Under the pieces are notes generated by a model. The model did not search any database, was not told the origin of the DNA, and saw only the letters and a program-made list of their open reading frames with translations. The position numbers and the translations under genes are program-made. This document shows, one piece after another, positions 1 through 10,472 of a DNA stretch of 64,000 bases. Origin of the DNA: an uncultured Verrucomicrobiae bacterium (GTDB lineage Bacteria; Verrucomicrobiota; Verrucomicrobiia; Chthoniobacterales; UBA10450); NCBI GenBank assembly GCA_963726745.1, contig CAVSDR010000003.1, forward strand, positions 800,001 through 864,000. Reading direction: 5' to 3'. Each line of letters starts with the position of its first letter. Within the stretch, counting starts at the first letter, position 1.

Positions 1-297
1 AGCTGGAACGCGTCGACGCGGAGCAATCGCCTCCGCTTCCTCGGCGACGCGGGCGAGATGCTCCTGGCCGATGGCGTGCTCCAATTAGCCGACGAGACGC
101 AAATTTACCCAGCGCTTTCCGCGGGCTCGCATCACCCGGAATGGTTCGCGGCGATGCTGCCGGAGGTGCTCGCGGCTTTTCGGGAGCCGGCGCTTGCACA
201 CGCGAGCTTCGAGGAAGCGGCTGCCTGCCTCTCGTTAGTCCAGCGGGCGTACGCGACCGCAGATTGGCGGAGCGAAGCGCTTGCGCTTACGCCGTAG
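1..297 (+). CDS. 3' end of a gene entering from the left edge; possibly the C-terminus of a Gfo/Idh/MocA-type oxidoreductase
   Basis: Frame 1 is open from base 1 (SWNASTRSNRLRFLGDAGEML...) to TAG at 295-297. The family guess rests on weak resemblance only. Confidence 0.45.
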   Translation, partial: SWNASTRSNRLRFLGDAGEMLLADGVLQLADETQIYPALSAGSHHPEWFAAMLPEVLAAFREPALAHASFEEAAACLSLVQRAYATADWRSEALALTP

Positions 298-1609
298 CCA
301 CGCGCGCGAGGCGCTGCTTCGGCAGGAAAGTGTCGGCAATGATGTTGAGCGCTTCGTCGAGGTCGGCGCGCGAATGGTTCGCGGTCACGCAGGCGCGGAA
401 GCAGATGCCTTCCTGCGGCACTGCGGGATAATCCACCGGCGCAACCCAGAGACCGCGGCGGCGCAGCTCGTGGCCGAGTTGATACATGCGCGCGCGGTCG
501 CCCACGATCAGCGGCATGATGTAAGTGGTCGAGGCGCCGGTGTTGATCCCCATGGCGTTGACCTGCGCACGGAAATAGTCGGCATTTTCCCAAAGGCGCT
601 GGCGCAGCTGCGGCTCGCGGTTGGCGATCTTGAGCGCGGTCAAAATGGCGGCAATGACCACCGGCGGGAGCGCGCAAGAGTAGACGTAGGAATGCGCGTA
701 GAGCCGGAGGTAATCGAGCGTCTCGCGCGGGCCGGCGACGAAACCGCCAAGCGCGCCGAAGGCTTTCGAAAAGGTGCCGTAGATCAGCGGAATGCGATCG
801 CCGAGGCCGAAGTGCTCGGCCGCGCCGCGACCGGTGGGGCCGCAGGCGAGCATCGAGTGCGCTTCGTCGATGAAGACGCTCGCGCCATGCGTGTCGGCCA
901 CGTCGAGCAGCTCCTGAAGATTTCCGAAATCGCCATCCATCGAGTAGATGCCCTCGACGATCACGAGCTGGCGCTTGCCTTTGCGGCGCTGGAGCGCGGC
1001 GTCGAGCGAAGCGGCGTCGTTGTGCTCGAAGCGCTCCATCCGGCAACGCGAAAGGACGGCGCCATCGCGCGAACTCAAGTGCGAGCGATTATCCATCACC
1101 GCGACGTCGGTCTTGCGGAGCAATCCGGAGATCGTGCCGAGCGCGCCGCCGAATCCGCTATTGAACAGAATCGCGTCGTCGCGTCCGAGAAATTGGGCGA
1201 TCGCGCTCTCGAGCTCGCGATGGAGATCGGTCATCCCGGAAAGCGTGGGCGAGCCGCAGGCGCCGACGCCATATTTAGCCAGCGCCTCGTTCGCCGCGGC
1301 GATGACCTCGGGGTGATTCGCAAGGCCGAGGTAATTGTAGGAGCAAAGGTTGATCACCGGCTGCTCTTCGCCCTCGTAACGGATGGTAGTGCGGGCGTCG
1401 GCGCTGCCGAGCATGGCCGGCTCGTAGAGGGCGGCTTCCCACGCGCCGGCCTGGCGCCATGCGGTGAAGCCGGCGGGCGGAATGAGCGGGTCGCTGCTCT
1501 CGCCGACGACGAAATCACCCAAGCTCAGGGAGGAATCAAATCCGTCTGGCGACGGTGAGTCCTCTCGTTTGCGCACGTGCACTGAGTCAGGATTGGGACA
1601 AATCTGCAT
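287..1609 (-). CDS. PLP-dependent alpha-oxoamine synthase family protein (BioF/Kbl/serine palmitoyltransferase-like)
   Basis: Motifs NLCSYNYLGL, VEGIYSMDGD, DEAHS and GTFSKAFG (PLP lysine). ATG at 1609 chosen as start. Confidence 0.9.
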   Translation of the reverse strand: MQICPNPDSVHVRKREDSPSPDGFDSSLSLGDFVVGESSDPLIPPAGFTAWRQAGAWEAALYEPAMLGSADARTTIRYEGEEQPVINLCSYNYLGLANHPEVIAAANEALAKYGVGACGSPTLSGMTDLHRELESAIAQFLGRDDAILFNSGFGGALGTISGLLRKTDVAVMDNRSHLSSRDGAVLSRCRMERFEHNDAASLDAALQRRKGKRQLVIVEGIYSMDGDFGNLQELLDVADTHGASVFIDEAHSMLACGPTGRGAAEHFGLGDRIPLIYGTFSKAFGALGGFVAGPRETLDYLRLYAHSYVYSCALPPVVIAAILTALKIANREPQLRQRLWENADYFRAQVNAMGINTGASTTYIMPLIVGDRARMYQLGHELRRRGLWVAPVDYPAVPQEGICFRACVTANHSRADLDEALNIIADTFLPKQRLARVATA

Positions 1610-1778
1610 GGGAATCAACGCAATATCTCAGGGAAGTTCTCCCGGACGCCCGATGCCTGGCGGGAGAGCGCGACCCTAAGGGACGCGTCTGGCTCGCGCA
1701 TGTCTTTTTTCCGGAAGCCGGCGAGGCGAGCGCCGGGAGCAATCCGTGTCTCCGAAGCGCGCAGACCGCGCGAGCGGC

Positions 1779-2378
1779 CTAGGCCGAGGGCGCCGCGCTG
1801 ATCTCGTAGCGAATCGGCTTGAAGCGATAGTTGTTCGACATTTCCGCCGAGCAAGCGGTGAGGCCGACGATCAAGTCCATCTCCGCGCGCAGAGTAATGC
1901 TGTCGCCAGCTTTGGATTTCGGCGGGAGAATCGAAAGCGTCCCAGTCGTCGGATCGACCTCGACGTTCATGAAAAGGTTTAACGTGGTCGGGATGGCGTC
2001 GGGCGCGATCCCGAAGGGCTCGAGGTTGCGCACGAGATTCTCGAAGCAACTCGGATGATAGGCGTCGTTCTGATAAATAATTTCGAAGGTCTCCGGGCTG
2101 CAAGGCGTGAGGAGAAAATCGTGCCGGCCGACGGTGTCGTCGAGGATGGTGAACATCGGCCGGCTGCGATTGGAATAAAGCAGGTGGCCTTTGGTCAGGT
2201 AAATCGTGTTCGCGTAGTCGATGCTGCGACCGGAAGAGAGCCATTCCGCGCGATCCGCCTGGTTAAACGCGGTCAAGTCGGCGACCTGCTCGCCCTCGGG
2301 ATCGATCACGCGCAGGATTTGGCCGCGAGCCAACGTGAACGCGCCGCCGGTTTGCGGCGCCAGGTGATGCGAGGTCAT
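1779..2378 (-). CDS. Urea carboxylase-associated family protein (DUF1989)
   Basis: LRVIDPEGEQVADL, HDFLLTPCS, HPSCFENL, LNLFMNV, LRAEMDLIVGLTACSA. ATG at 2378 lies just after the upstream stop. Confidence 0.88.
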   Translation of the reverse strand: MTSHHLAPQTGGAFTLARGQILRVIDPEGEQVADLTAFNQADRAEWLSSGRSIDYANTIYLTKGHLLYSNRSRPMFTILDDTVGRHDFLLTPCSPETFEIIYQNDAYHPSCFENLVRNLEPFGIAPDAIPTTLNLFMNVEVDPTTGTLSILPPKSKAGDSITLRAEMDLIVGLTACSAEMSNNYRFKPIRYEISAAPSA

Positions 2379-2382
2379 GAAG

Positions 2383-3105
2383 CTAGTGCGCGAATGGGCA
2401 GCGCGCCGGTGCAGAGTTGGCGCTGGCCGCCTCGACGTGGAATGGCGCCTGCCAATCCTCCGACACCTGCCGTCCGGAGTATTGCCGGGCCTCGGAGCGT
2501 TCGCCGAAGTTGCTGAGCATGGGGTTGAAGCTTCCCTGCAAGGCCACGTCGCGCGAGCGAATTGCCTTCTGCATCCGCTCCCATTTTCCTTCGCGCCGCA
2601 GCCGCTCGAATTGCTCATGCGGATTGAAGACCAGGGCCGGGAACGGGAACTGGCGCGCAAAGCGCGAGCTCCCTGGATGCAAGCCCACGATGTAAAGCGC
2701 AACGCCGGCAAAGCCGAAGGAGAAAAATGGATCGGCTGGATCGGTCGCCGCCGGCCAGGGATCGGTCGCCGCGTCGATGCGATGGAGCTCGCGCAGCTGC
2801 TTCCAGAGAAGCCCCTCAAATTCCTCCTCGGTGCTTTGTCGCGGTTCGCGAAACAGGGCCACGAAAGTGGCAAAGCTATCACCGCTCCGCTCCCCTTGCG
2901 CGAAGGCGGCGAGCGCCGGCGCGAGCTGCGCCGCGGCGACAGACGATCCCAGTTCCTCGCACACCGCCACGCTGACTGCGCCAGAGTTTAGCGCCGCGTG
3001 CGCGCCGAGGCAGGGGAAGCCGGCGTCGCCGATAAAGGCAAGGAATTCCTCCCGCAACGCTTCTTCGGAAAGCTCGTCATTTTCAGCCAAAATCTTCGCA
3101 CGCAT
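2383..3105 (-). CDS. YqcI/YcgG family protein (DcsA/GntA-like heme-dependent guanidino N-hydroxylase family)
   Basis: FPCLGA, FFSFGFAG, GLHPGSSRFAR, LVFNPHEQFERLR, SEARQYSGR. Confidence 0.85.
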   Translation of the reverse strand: MRAKILAENDELSEEALREEFLAFIGDAGFPCLGAHAALNSGAVSVAVCEELGSSVAAAQLAPALAAFAQGERSGDSFATFVALFREPRQSTEEEFEGLLWKQLRELHRIDAATDPWPAATDPADPFFSFGFAGVALYIVGLHPGSSRFARQFPFPALVFNPHEQFERLRREGKWERMQKAIRSRDVALQGSFNPMLSNFGERSEARQYSGRQVSEDWQAPFHVEAASANSAPARCPFAH

Positions 3106-3231
3106 TTCACTGATGAACGCCCTATGGCCGATTCCCGGATGCGCGCTGCATTCGGGATTAGGAAAAGTCCTAGCTGCGAATCCGCTTCGTCCCAGACCCG
3201 TTGCGCGGCGCGGTGAAGCGAATCGGAGACG

Positions 3232-4242
3232 ATGGCGCCCGGTTGCAGCTACCTCCTGCCGATTCGGCGGACGACTTACTCCGCGCCGGAGACGGAGGAG
3301 CTGCGCGCTTACTTTCTATCGCTCGCACCCACCGGTTGCGAACTTCTGGTGATCGATGGTTCGCCGGACGCCGTTTTTCAGCAACACGCGCAGGCATGGG
3401 GAAAAATTTGCCGGCATCTTCCGGTGGAGCGCCGCTTCGGTTTTCGGAATGACAAGGTCAACGGCGTGCACACCGGCGTGGCCGCGGCACAAGGCGACAA
3501 GATCATCCTGGCCGATGACGACATTCGCTACACGCCGGACGAGATCGCGGCGGTGCTGGCGTTGCTCGATCGATTCGAAGTCGTGCGCCCGCAAAATTTC
3601 CTCCAGCCGCTTCCGTGGTGGGGCAAAACGGAAGCCGCGCGCATGCTCGTGAATCGCGCCACGCTCCGCACCGCCGACTATCCTGGCACCTGCGCCTTCC
3701 GCCGCGCGACCATGCTCGCGCACGGCGAGTACGACGGCGATGTCCTTTTCGATAACGAAGAGATTCTGCGGAACTTCGCGGCGCAAGGTTGTCGGATAAC
3801 TTACGAGACCGACCTCTTCGTGCGGAAGCGCCCACCGCATTTCCGCAAATGGCTCGAGCAACGTCCGCGGCAGGCTTACGAAGACTTCGGCCTGCGCGGA
3901 AAAACGGCGCTGTTTCTGGCGCTTCCCTTTGCCGTGATCCTGCCGGCTATTTGCTTCGGCTGGGCAGGCGCCGGTCGTTCCGTGGCGCTGCTCGCGATCG
4001 TCGCAATCCTCGTCGCCGAAGTCGGACGCCGACGGGGCCGCGCGGCCGAGTTCTTCCCGTTCCGCGTCTCGTTCTTCGCGCCGCTTTGGATCACCGAGCG
4101 CAGCCTGAGCACTTATCTCGCGCTCTACTGGTTCTTCCGGCATGGAGGCTACCCCTTCGGCGATCGCTTCCTTTCGCGAGGCGTCGGGCGCGCCTGGAAA
4201 ATCGGTGGCCGCCTGGCCGCGGCACAGGTCCGGCCGCGCTAA
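3232..4242 (+). CDS. GT-A fold glycosyltransferase (family 2/21-like) with C-terminal membrane segments
   Basis: LLVIDGS, DKVNGV, ILADDDIRY (DxD), QRPRQAY, hydrophobic C-terminus. Confidence 0.8.
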   Translation: MAPGCSYLLPIRRTTYSAPETEELRAYFLSLAPTGCELLVIDGSPDAVFQQHAQAWGKICRHLPVERRFGFRNDKVNGVHTGVAAAQGDKIILADDDIRYTPDEIAAVLALLDRFEVVRPQNFLQPLPWWGKTEAARMLVNRATLRTADYPGTCAFRRATMLAHGEYDGDVLFDNEEILRNFAAQGCRITYETDLFVRKRPPHFRKWLEQRPRQAYEDFGLRGKTALFLALPFAVILPAICFGWAGAGRSVALLAIVAILVAEVGRRRGRAAEFFPFRVSFFAPLWITERSLSTYLALYWFFRHGGYPFGDRFLSRGVGRAWKIGGRLAAAQVRPR

Positions 4243-5541
4243 ACGAGGGCCGGGACCTTCTCGCTCACCGCTTCCGCTTCCCGGAGCCGGCACCACCAGC
4301 CGCTTTCGGCCAACGCCGGATGCTCAAAAGCTTCCCCGCGGCTTAGCGCCCGCAGCGCCTCGCCCAGGATCGTCGTCCGCACCTGACCGTCGCTCAGGTC
4401 AAAGACTCCGGCTTCATAGTGTTCGTTAGGCTGCGTCACCAGGCTGTCCCAATCGAAGGCGCCGAGAAGCGACCACGCTGTCAGCGCCCGCACTTCAATC
4501 CCCTCGGCCCGGGCCGTGGTTGCGGCTTCCCAGGCCGCCATCAACCAGCGCAGTTGTTCCTCCGGCGCCGCGGCCAAATGCACTTCTGTGAGCGCAATCG
4601 GCCGGCGATAACGCTCGTGCGCTTCGCGAATCGCCCGCTCGAATCCACAACCCACCTCCGCCGCTCGCACCGCCACTTCATCGGCGTAAACTTCAAAGCC
4701 ATTCCTGCCGTGCGTTCGCTCTTGGTAATTCTCGATCTGCTCGTCCAGAAACCGATCGCTGGTCACGTAGTGATTGATCCCGATGATGTCCGGCGGCGAC
4801 AGCTTGTCGGCTAACGAGTCCAACTCCGCCGCCGTGGCGCCGTGCGCGAGCAGATGCGCTCGCAGGGGATGGCCTGGCTGCACCCGGCCACTGAGTAAAT
4901 CCCATCCAAGCCAGCGGCGCTCGTTATTGAAATCCGCCTGGTAACGCAATCGCGGCGTGCTGAAGGTGCGCCCGAGATCGTCGGTCTGCACAAAGAATAG
5001 CCGACGAGTTCACCCGACGGATCGCCCTCATCGCCAGGTCGCTTCCGCGGGCTTGCTGGAGCAGGGCCCGCACGAAAGTCGCCTCGTCACGGCCGTGCGG
5101 AAACCAGTGTCCGTAAAGTCCGCAAAAGCGCGCGGTCGTTACAGGTTCGTTGATCGGCGTGTAGGCGTCGATCCATGGATAACGTTCCGCCACGCGCGCG
5201 GCAAAGGCGGCAAACTTTTCCGGAAACGCCGGGTCCACCAGGCTGGTGTAACGCGGCCCGCTTCCATGGTGCAGCAGGCCGGCAATCGGCCGCAGCCCAA
5301 GTTCCCGCAAGCGCGCGAGGCCAGCGTCCGTCCAGCGCCAGTCGCACTCCTCCGGGGAATCAGGAGCGATAGTTTCCCACAAGATGGGAAATCGCAGCCG
5401 CTGGAGCCCCAGCGCCGCAAAACGCCCGAGATCTTCCAGCGCGCGTTCCCAGTGGCCGGTGCGTTCCAGTTGGTTCGAGAAGCGGTTGCCGACCCGGTTG
5501 ATCGTGCACTCCGCTCCGCCCCAAATCTCCAGCGCGTCCAT
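4239..5541 (-). CDS. Glycoside hydrolase family 1-like protein, frameshifted near 4992
   Basis: IWGGAECTINR, GLLHHGSGP and TPINEP in ORF 4924-5541; GINHY, ALTEVH and WSLLGAFDW in ORF 4239-4991. Removing one T from ATTCTTTGTG joins them. Confidence 0.85.
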
Positions 5542-5571
5542 CGGGTTCTCCGCGTCTGCGCGGAAGCTTCG

Positions 5572-6783
5572 TTAGGCCGCAGTGATCTCGAGTGCGCGCT
5601 CATCCACGAGCACATCCTCAATGTGCTGCTCGAGCTGCTCGACGATCGATTCCCAGGAATTCTCCTCGGCCAGGGCGATCCCCCGCTCGATCCGCACGGC
5701 GTCGGGATGCGCCGCCGCCTGCGCGCACGCCCGGGTAAAGCTCGCATGATCCGGAGCCACCAGGACGACATCGCTAAATTGCCGCACCACGTCCTGCACC
5801 GGCGTGGAGACAATCGGACGGCCGGTGGCCATGTATTCCAGCGCCTTGGTCGGATTGATAAATCGGGTCGCTTCGTTCATCGCGAACGGCATCAGGCAGA
5901 CATCGAAGCCCCTGGCGTAGCTCGGCAGCTCGGCGTAATCGCGTCCGCCCAGCCAATGGAGATTGGCGCGTTGCGGGAAGCTTTGCGGGTCGACCTTGGT
6001 ATGCGGGCCCACCACGACCACGCTGCCCTTCGTCTCGTCGGCTAATTTGCCTAACAAGTCGTAATCCATCCGCTCATCGACCACCCCGATGTAGCCGAAA
6101 ACGGGCCCGGGGAGGCCTGCCAGGTCCGCCGGCAATTCCGTCAAGGGATCGCGCGCACGGCCGAAGTGATCGTGCTCCACCCCGCAACCGAAGGAATAGC
6201 AGTTTGGGTTCAGGACACGCTTGGCTTCCCAGATCTTCGGGCCGCCGGCAAAGACCACGTCCGCCAAAGCCAGCAACTCGCGTTCGCGGCGGACCAGTTC
6301 CGCCTGCGCGCCGCGGAAAAGCGAGAGCTCATCCATGCAATCGTAGACGATCGCGCGTTGCCCGAGGTGCCCGGCAAAAGCGGTCACCGCCATCGGATCG
6401 TAAAACCACTGCACCGGCGACCGGAAACTCTGCCCGAGCGGCCCAGCGAGCACTGCCTCGACCACGCGCCGGCGTTCGCTATCCACCCAGGCACCATCGC
6501 TCCAGCGCGCGGCCGGAATTTTTGTTTCCAGGACGACGACGTTTGGATAGTCGGCCACTTCACGGAGCACCGTCTCGGAATGCGTAACCTCAGTGGACGG
6601 CGTGGGACCCTCGACGAAAAGGACGCGATGCCGTTGCGATAAACGCGAATGAAACTGCTGCGGCCGCTGCCAGACCCAATCCCAACGCAGATGCGAGTGC
6701 ACGATGATTGGATAATCATTGAGCGCTTCCAGCTCCGTGCCCCATTGCTTCCCATCCCGCTGGCTAATTGATCCCGATATCAT
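5572..6783 (-). CDS. GT-B fold glycosyltransferase (GT4/TuaH-like)
   Basis: SHLRWDWVWQRPQQ, VYDCMDEL, GYIGVVDERMD, NPTKALEYMATGRPIVST. Confidence 0.88.
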   Translation of the reverse strand: MISGSISQRDGKQWGTELEALNDYPIIVHSHLRWDWVWQRPQQFHSRLSQRHRVLFVEGPTPSTEVTHSETVLREVADYPNVVVLETKIPAARWSDGAWVDSERRRVVEAVLAGPLGQSFRSPVQWFYDPMAVTAFAGHLGQRAIVYDCMDELSLFRGAQAELVRRERELLALADVVFAGGPKIWEAKRVLNPNCYSFGCGVEHDHFGRARDPLTELPADLAGLPGPVFGYIGVVDERMDYDLLGKLADETKGSVVVVGPHTKVDPQSFPQRANLHWLGGRDYAELPSYARGFDVCLMPFAMNEATRFINPTKALEYMATGRPIVSTPVQDVVRQFSDVVLVAPDHASFTRACAQAAAHPDAVRIERGIALAEENSWESIVEQLEQHIEDVLVDERALEITAA

Positions 6784-6910
6784 GTGCGGGATGATTCGTT
6801 GCGGCCTGCCGATTTGGTTTCCGATATTTCGGTAAAATCAGGCACTACGACTTTTCCTGACGAAGCGCGCGCCCTGCGGTGGAATCACGCCCGCGCAAGG
6901 CGGGAAAGAG

Positions 6911-6986
6911 TGGCGACCCTAACGGGATTCGAACCCGTGTTACCGCCGTGAAAGGGCGGTGTCCTAGGCCACTGGACGATAGGGTC
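6911..6986 (-). tRNA. tRNA-Glu (anticodon TTC), CCA end encoded
   Basis: Minus strand reads GACCCTATCGTCCAGTGGCCTAGGACACCGCCCTTTCACGGCGGTAACACGGGTTCGAATCCCGTTAGGGTCGCCA. Acceptor stem GACCCTA/TAGGGTC, T-loop GTTCGAATC, 76 nt. Confidence 0.98.
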
Positions 6987-7039
6987 AGGAAGCGGGCCAA
7001 TATCAGAAGCCCGGTCTGCGGGCGCAAGTTATTTGCGGC

Positions 7040-8351
7040 TCAAAGCGCGGTCCGCCTTGGCCGCGGCAACGCGAGCAATAACTCCGCGGTCCGCACGGTC
7101 GCGCCGTGATGCGCCGCCAGGACCGCCTTGGCCTCGTGCACGAGCCCGGCGCAGCGCGCGGGATCGAGTAATAACGCCTCCAAAATGCCGGCTAATTCCC
7201 CGGCGGCGGCGATCTGCACCGCGCCCCGGCGTTCCACCAGGGTGCGCGAAAGCACGGCAAAATTTTCCATGTGCGGGCCGAAGACCACCGGGCGCCCGGC
7301 GAGAATCGGCTCCACCGGATTCTGCCCGCCTGTGGTCGTTAGGCTCTTGCCCACGAAGACGACCGTAGCCACGCCATACCAAGCGCGCAGCTCACCCGTG
7401 GTATCGAGCAGGAGAGCGTCAAAGCCGGCCGCCGCTGCTTCCCCGGCCAGCTCGCTCCGGCGCACCCAGCGCAGGCCTAACGAGTCCAGCATCCGCGCGA
7501 TCTCGGTGGTGCGCTCGACGTGACGCGGGGCGATGATCAAGAAGGCGTCGGCTAAGCACGCGCGCAGCTCCAGGAAGGCGCGCGCGAGGATTTCCTCCTC
7601 GCCATCGTGCGTGCTCCCGCCGAGGACGATCGGGCGCGTGCGGGCGATGCCGGCCGTTTCCAGAAGCGCGCGCGGGCCGGCGGAATCAGGCGCGGCTTCG
7701 CTTGGGTCGTATTTAATGCTGCCGACTTCGTGAATCGTCTCCGGGCGCACGCCGATGGCTTGCCAGCGCTCCGGGTCGCCGCGCTCCTGTACGCAGACGA
7801 GGTCGAGCCGGCGAAAGATCGGGCGCACGAAAGCGCGGAACTTCCGGAAGCGGCGCTCGGAACGTGGCGAGAGCCGGGCGTTCACGAGTGCCAGTGGAAT
7901 CCCGCGCGCCTCGGCCAACGCGGCCAGGTTCGGCCAGACTTCCGCTTCCACGAGGACGATCCGCTCCGGACGCAGGACGGCGAACGCGCGGCGCATGATC
8001 GGCCAAAAATCGAGCGCGTTGTAGAGCACCAGCATCCACTCTGGCGCCTCACGCTTCGCGAAGGCGTAGCCGGTGGTCGTGGTCGTGGTCAGGGCGCAGC
8101 GGAAATCCGGATCGAGCTCGCGCAATTTAGCCGACAACTTGAGCGCGATCGCGACCTCGCCCACGCTGACCGCGTGCATCCAGGTGTGCGGACGCGCCGC
8201 CGAGCCGCGCCCGCACTTCCTCGGAGTAAACGCCGAAACGCTGCCCAAAATTTTCCCGGTAACCGCCCCGGCGCCGCATCTTCAGGAAGTAGCCCGGGAG
8301 AAAGAAGAGCAGCCCGAGCGGAAAGAGCAGGTTGTAAAGCAGCCGGATCAT
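7040..8351 (-). CDS. waaA: 3-deoxy-D-manno-octulosonic acid (Kdo) transferase, frameshifted near 8200
   Basis: N-terminal anchor MIRLLYNLLFPLG in ORF 8127-8351; WMHAVSVGE, EAEVWPN, GSTHDGEE, APRHVER, DTTGEL and GGQNPVEP in ORF 7040-8248. Confidence 0.93.
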
Positions 8352-8354
8352 TCG

Positions 8355-8909
8355 TTAGGCCGGGACGAGGAAGAGCACCTCGGTGGCGCCGTAGGTTTTT
8401 CGGCGAAGCACGCTCCAAAGCGCGGATTCGAACAGCTCTTCCTCCGGCCGTTTCTCGAGCACGAACAGGCCGTCGGGCGCGAGCAACTTCGGCAGCATTT
8501 CGTGCTCCAGAAGTTGCCGGGTAAATTCGCCGCCGGCCTTGGTCTTCTCATACGGAGGATCGGCGAAAATGAGGTCGAAGATTTCGCTCGCGGCCGGCCC
8601 GCGATTGAGAAAACCGAAGACTTCCTGCTGCGTGATCCGGCCGCGGAGTTTCGTGCGCACGAAGTTTTGCTCGATCGCCTGGACGGCGGCGCGGTTCTCC
8701 TCCACGAACAAGGCCGAGGCCGCGCCGCGGCTGAGCGCCTCGATCCCAAGCGCGCCGGTGCCGGCGAAGAGATCGAGCACGCGCGCGCCGAGCACGCGGT
8801 CGGCCAGGCTGGAAAAGATCGCGGCCTTCACGCGATCCATCGTCGGGCGCACGTCGGTCTCCGGCACGGCCAGGCGGAGGCCGCCGGCGCTTCCGGCGAT
8901 CACCCTCAT
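8355..8909 (-). CDS. rsmD: 16S rRNA m2G966 methyltransferase
   Basis: MRVIAG, RPTMDRVK, VLDLFAGTGALGIEALSRGA, IFADPPY. Confidence 0.95.
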   Translation of the reverse strand: MRVIAGSAGGLRLAVPETDVRPTMDRVKAAIFSSLADRVLGARVLDLFAGTGALGIEALSRGAASALFVEENRAAVQAIEQNFVRTKLRGRITQQEVFGFLNRGPAASEIFDLIFADPPYEKTKAGGEFTRQLLEHEMLPKLLAPDGLFVLEKRPEEELFESALWSVLRRKTYGATEVLFLVPA

Positions 8910-10414
8910 GGCTGCTCGCCCGCGGGGGTGGGAATCGCTTCCGGTTCCGCCGCGGGCGCGGAAGCTTCGGCAGGCTTGCGCTTTTCTTTCCGGCCGCCGC
9001 CGAAAAAGCCGCTGATGATCCCGCCGAGGTCGTTCAGGTCGCGGCCGACGAGTTTGCCGACGAGATCGGTCTTCGGCTTTTGCAGAGTACCGGTGATCTT
9101 GAAGTCGAGCGCGGCGAAGCCGGGCTCCTCCGTCGGCTGGAAACTTTCGCGCATCCCGCGCAGCAATTGCCCGCGCACCCGATCGTCCACCGCAAGCCGC
9201 GAATCGAGCCGGAGCCGGCCGTCAAAACCGAGCGTGCCGCGCGCGGTCACGCGCAGGTTGGTGGAGCTGAGCATGAGCTCATCGATCAAAACCACGCCGG
9301 GCGTGATGTGATATTTCACGTGCGCCTCCTCGAAGCGGAGCTGCGAAAGCTCATCGATCCGGAGCAATTGTCCCAAGGCCACGAGCAGGCTGTATTCCCG
9401 CACCTGGCCGTCGCGCAGGCGAATCTCGCCGGCGCCGGTGAGCGCGTTCGGATCGGCGGTTTTGCCAGCAGCTTCGAGCTCGCCCTCGATGCGTCCCTGG
9501 ATCATGCCCGCCGGGCCGCCAGCCTCGCGCACGAGACGGTTTGCCTGGACCTCGCGAAAATTTACCCGCGCGCGAAAAGGCGAGCCGGGATCGGCCGGGC
9601 GCATGCTGAAGTCGCCCGCAATTTCGCCGCCGGCGGCCTCCGCGCCGATGCGGGAAAACTCGAGCTGCCCCGGCGCGTAGGTGATGGGCGACTTGAGTTG
9701 CTTGAGGAAAAACCGATCGCGCAACGAGACCTCGGCCACGGAGACATCGCCACGCAGTTCCGCGGTGCGGCGGAAGGTGGAGCGAAAGCCAACCGCGCTG
9801 AAGGTGGCGACGGTGCGGCCCTGGGCGTCGAGGAAATGGAAGTTGCCGTTGGTCAGCTGGACGCGCTTGATCTCGGGGGTAAACGAGGGGGCGGAAGGGG
9901 CGGCGGGCGTGGGCTCGGGCGTCGCGGGCTGGCTCTCCTGCGCGGGGGCCGGCGGCGGGAACTTGATCCCTTCATCCGCAGGCTCGGCAGGCTCGGGGCT
10001 CGCCGTTCCTGGTTCGGGCGCGACCGTCGCCGGCAGGCGCCATTTCCCGGTCTCGTTCTGCGCCCAGTAGACCGTGGGATTAACCAGCGAGATCTCTTTG
10101 ATCACGAGCTCGCCGCTGAAGAGGGAGGAAAAACGCACGCGCAGCCGGAAGGTTTGCGCCTCGAGAAACTGCTCCGTGAGGGTGGTCGAAGCGTCCTGCG
10201 GAATGGTGATGCCGGTGAGCTTGAGGCCCCACCACGGGGTCACGCTGATGCGATCGATCCGCAGCCGCGCGCCGATGCGCCGGCTCAGTTCATCCTGAAT
10301 CCGCGCTTGTGTGCCCTGCGACTGGACATACAAGTTCACTGCCAGGAGCAGCCCCGCGAGCAGCACCAGGAGCGCGCCCAAAACGTAGAGCAGGGCGCGG
10401 CTGAGTTTTTTCAC
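8906..10414 (-). CDS. AsmA-like envelope protein
   Basis: N-terminal TM helix, beta-rich body, C-terminal LDFKITGTLQKPK. Confidence 0.8.
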   Translation of the reverse strand: MKKLSRALLYVLGALLVLLAGLLLAVNLYVQSQGTQARIQDELSRRIGARLRIDRISVTPWWGLKLTGITIPQDASTTLTEQFLEAQTFRLRVRFSSLFSGELVIKEISLVNPTVYWAQNETGKWRLPATVAPEPGTASPEPAEPADEGIKFPPPAPAQESQPATPEPTPAAPSAPSFTPEIKRVQLTNGNFHFLDAQGRTVATFSAVGFRSTFRRTAELRGDVSVAEVSLRDRFFLKQLKSPITYAPGQLEFSRIGAEAAGGEIAGDFSMRPADPGSPFRARVNFREVQANRLVREAGGPAGMIQGRIEGELEAAGKTADPNALTGAGEIRLRDGQVREYSLLVALGQLLRIDELSQLRFEEAHVKYHITPGVVLIDELMLSSTNLRVTARGTLGFDGRLRLDSRLAVDDRVRGQLLRGMRESFQPTEEPGFAALDFKITGTLQKPKTDLVGKLVGRDLNDLGGIISGFFGGGRKEKRKPAEASAPAAEPEAIPTPAGEQP

Positions 10415-10472
10415 GCGGCAAGGTTACGCAGCGGCTCCCCCATGAAAAGATGAAAGCCCGCCCGCGCCGCCC

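Noticed and set aside
1..6911. Genomic island integrated at the 3' end of tRNA-Glu
   Set aside because: No integrase, no duplicated tRNA 3' end seen in the window, no obvious compositional shift, and both enriched words are present there.
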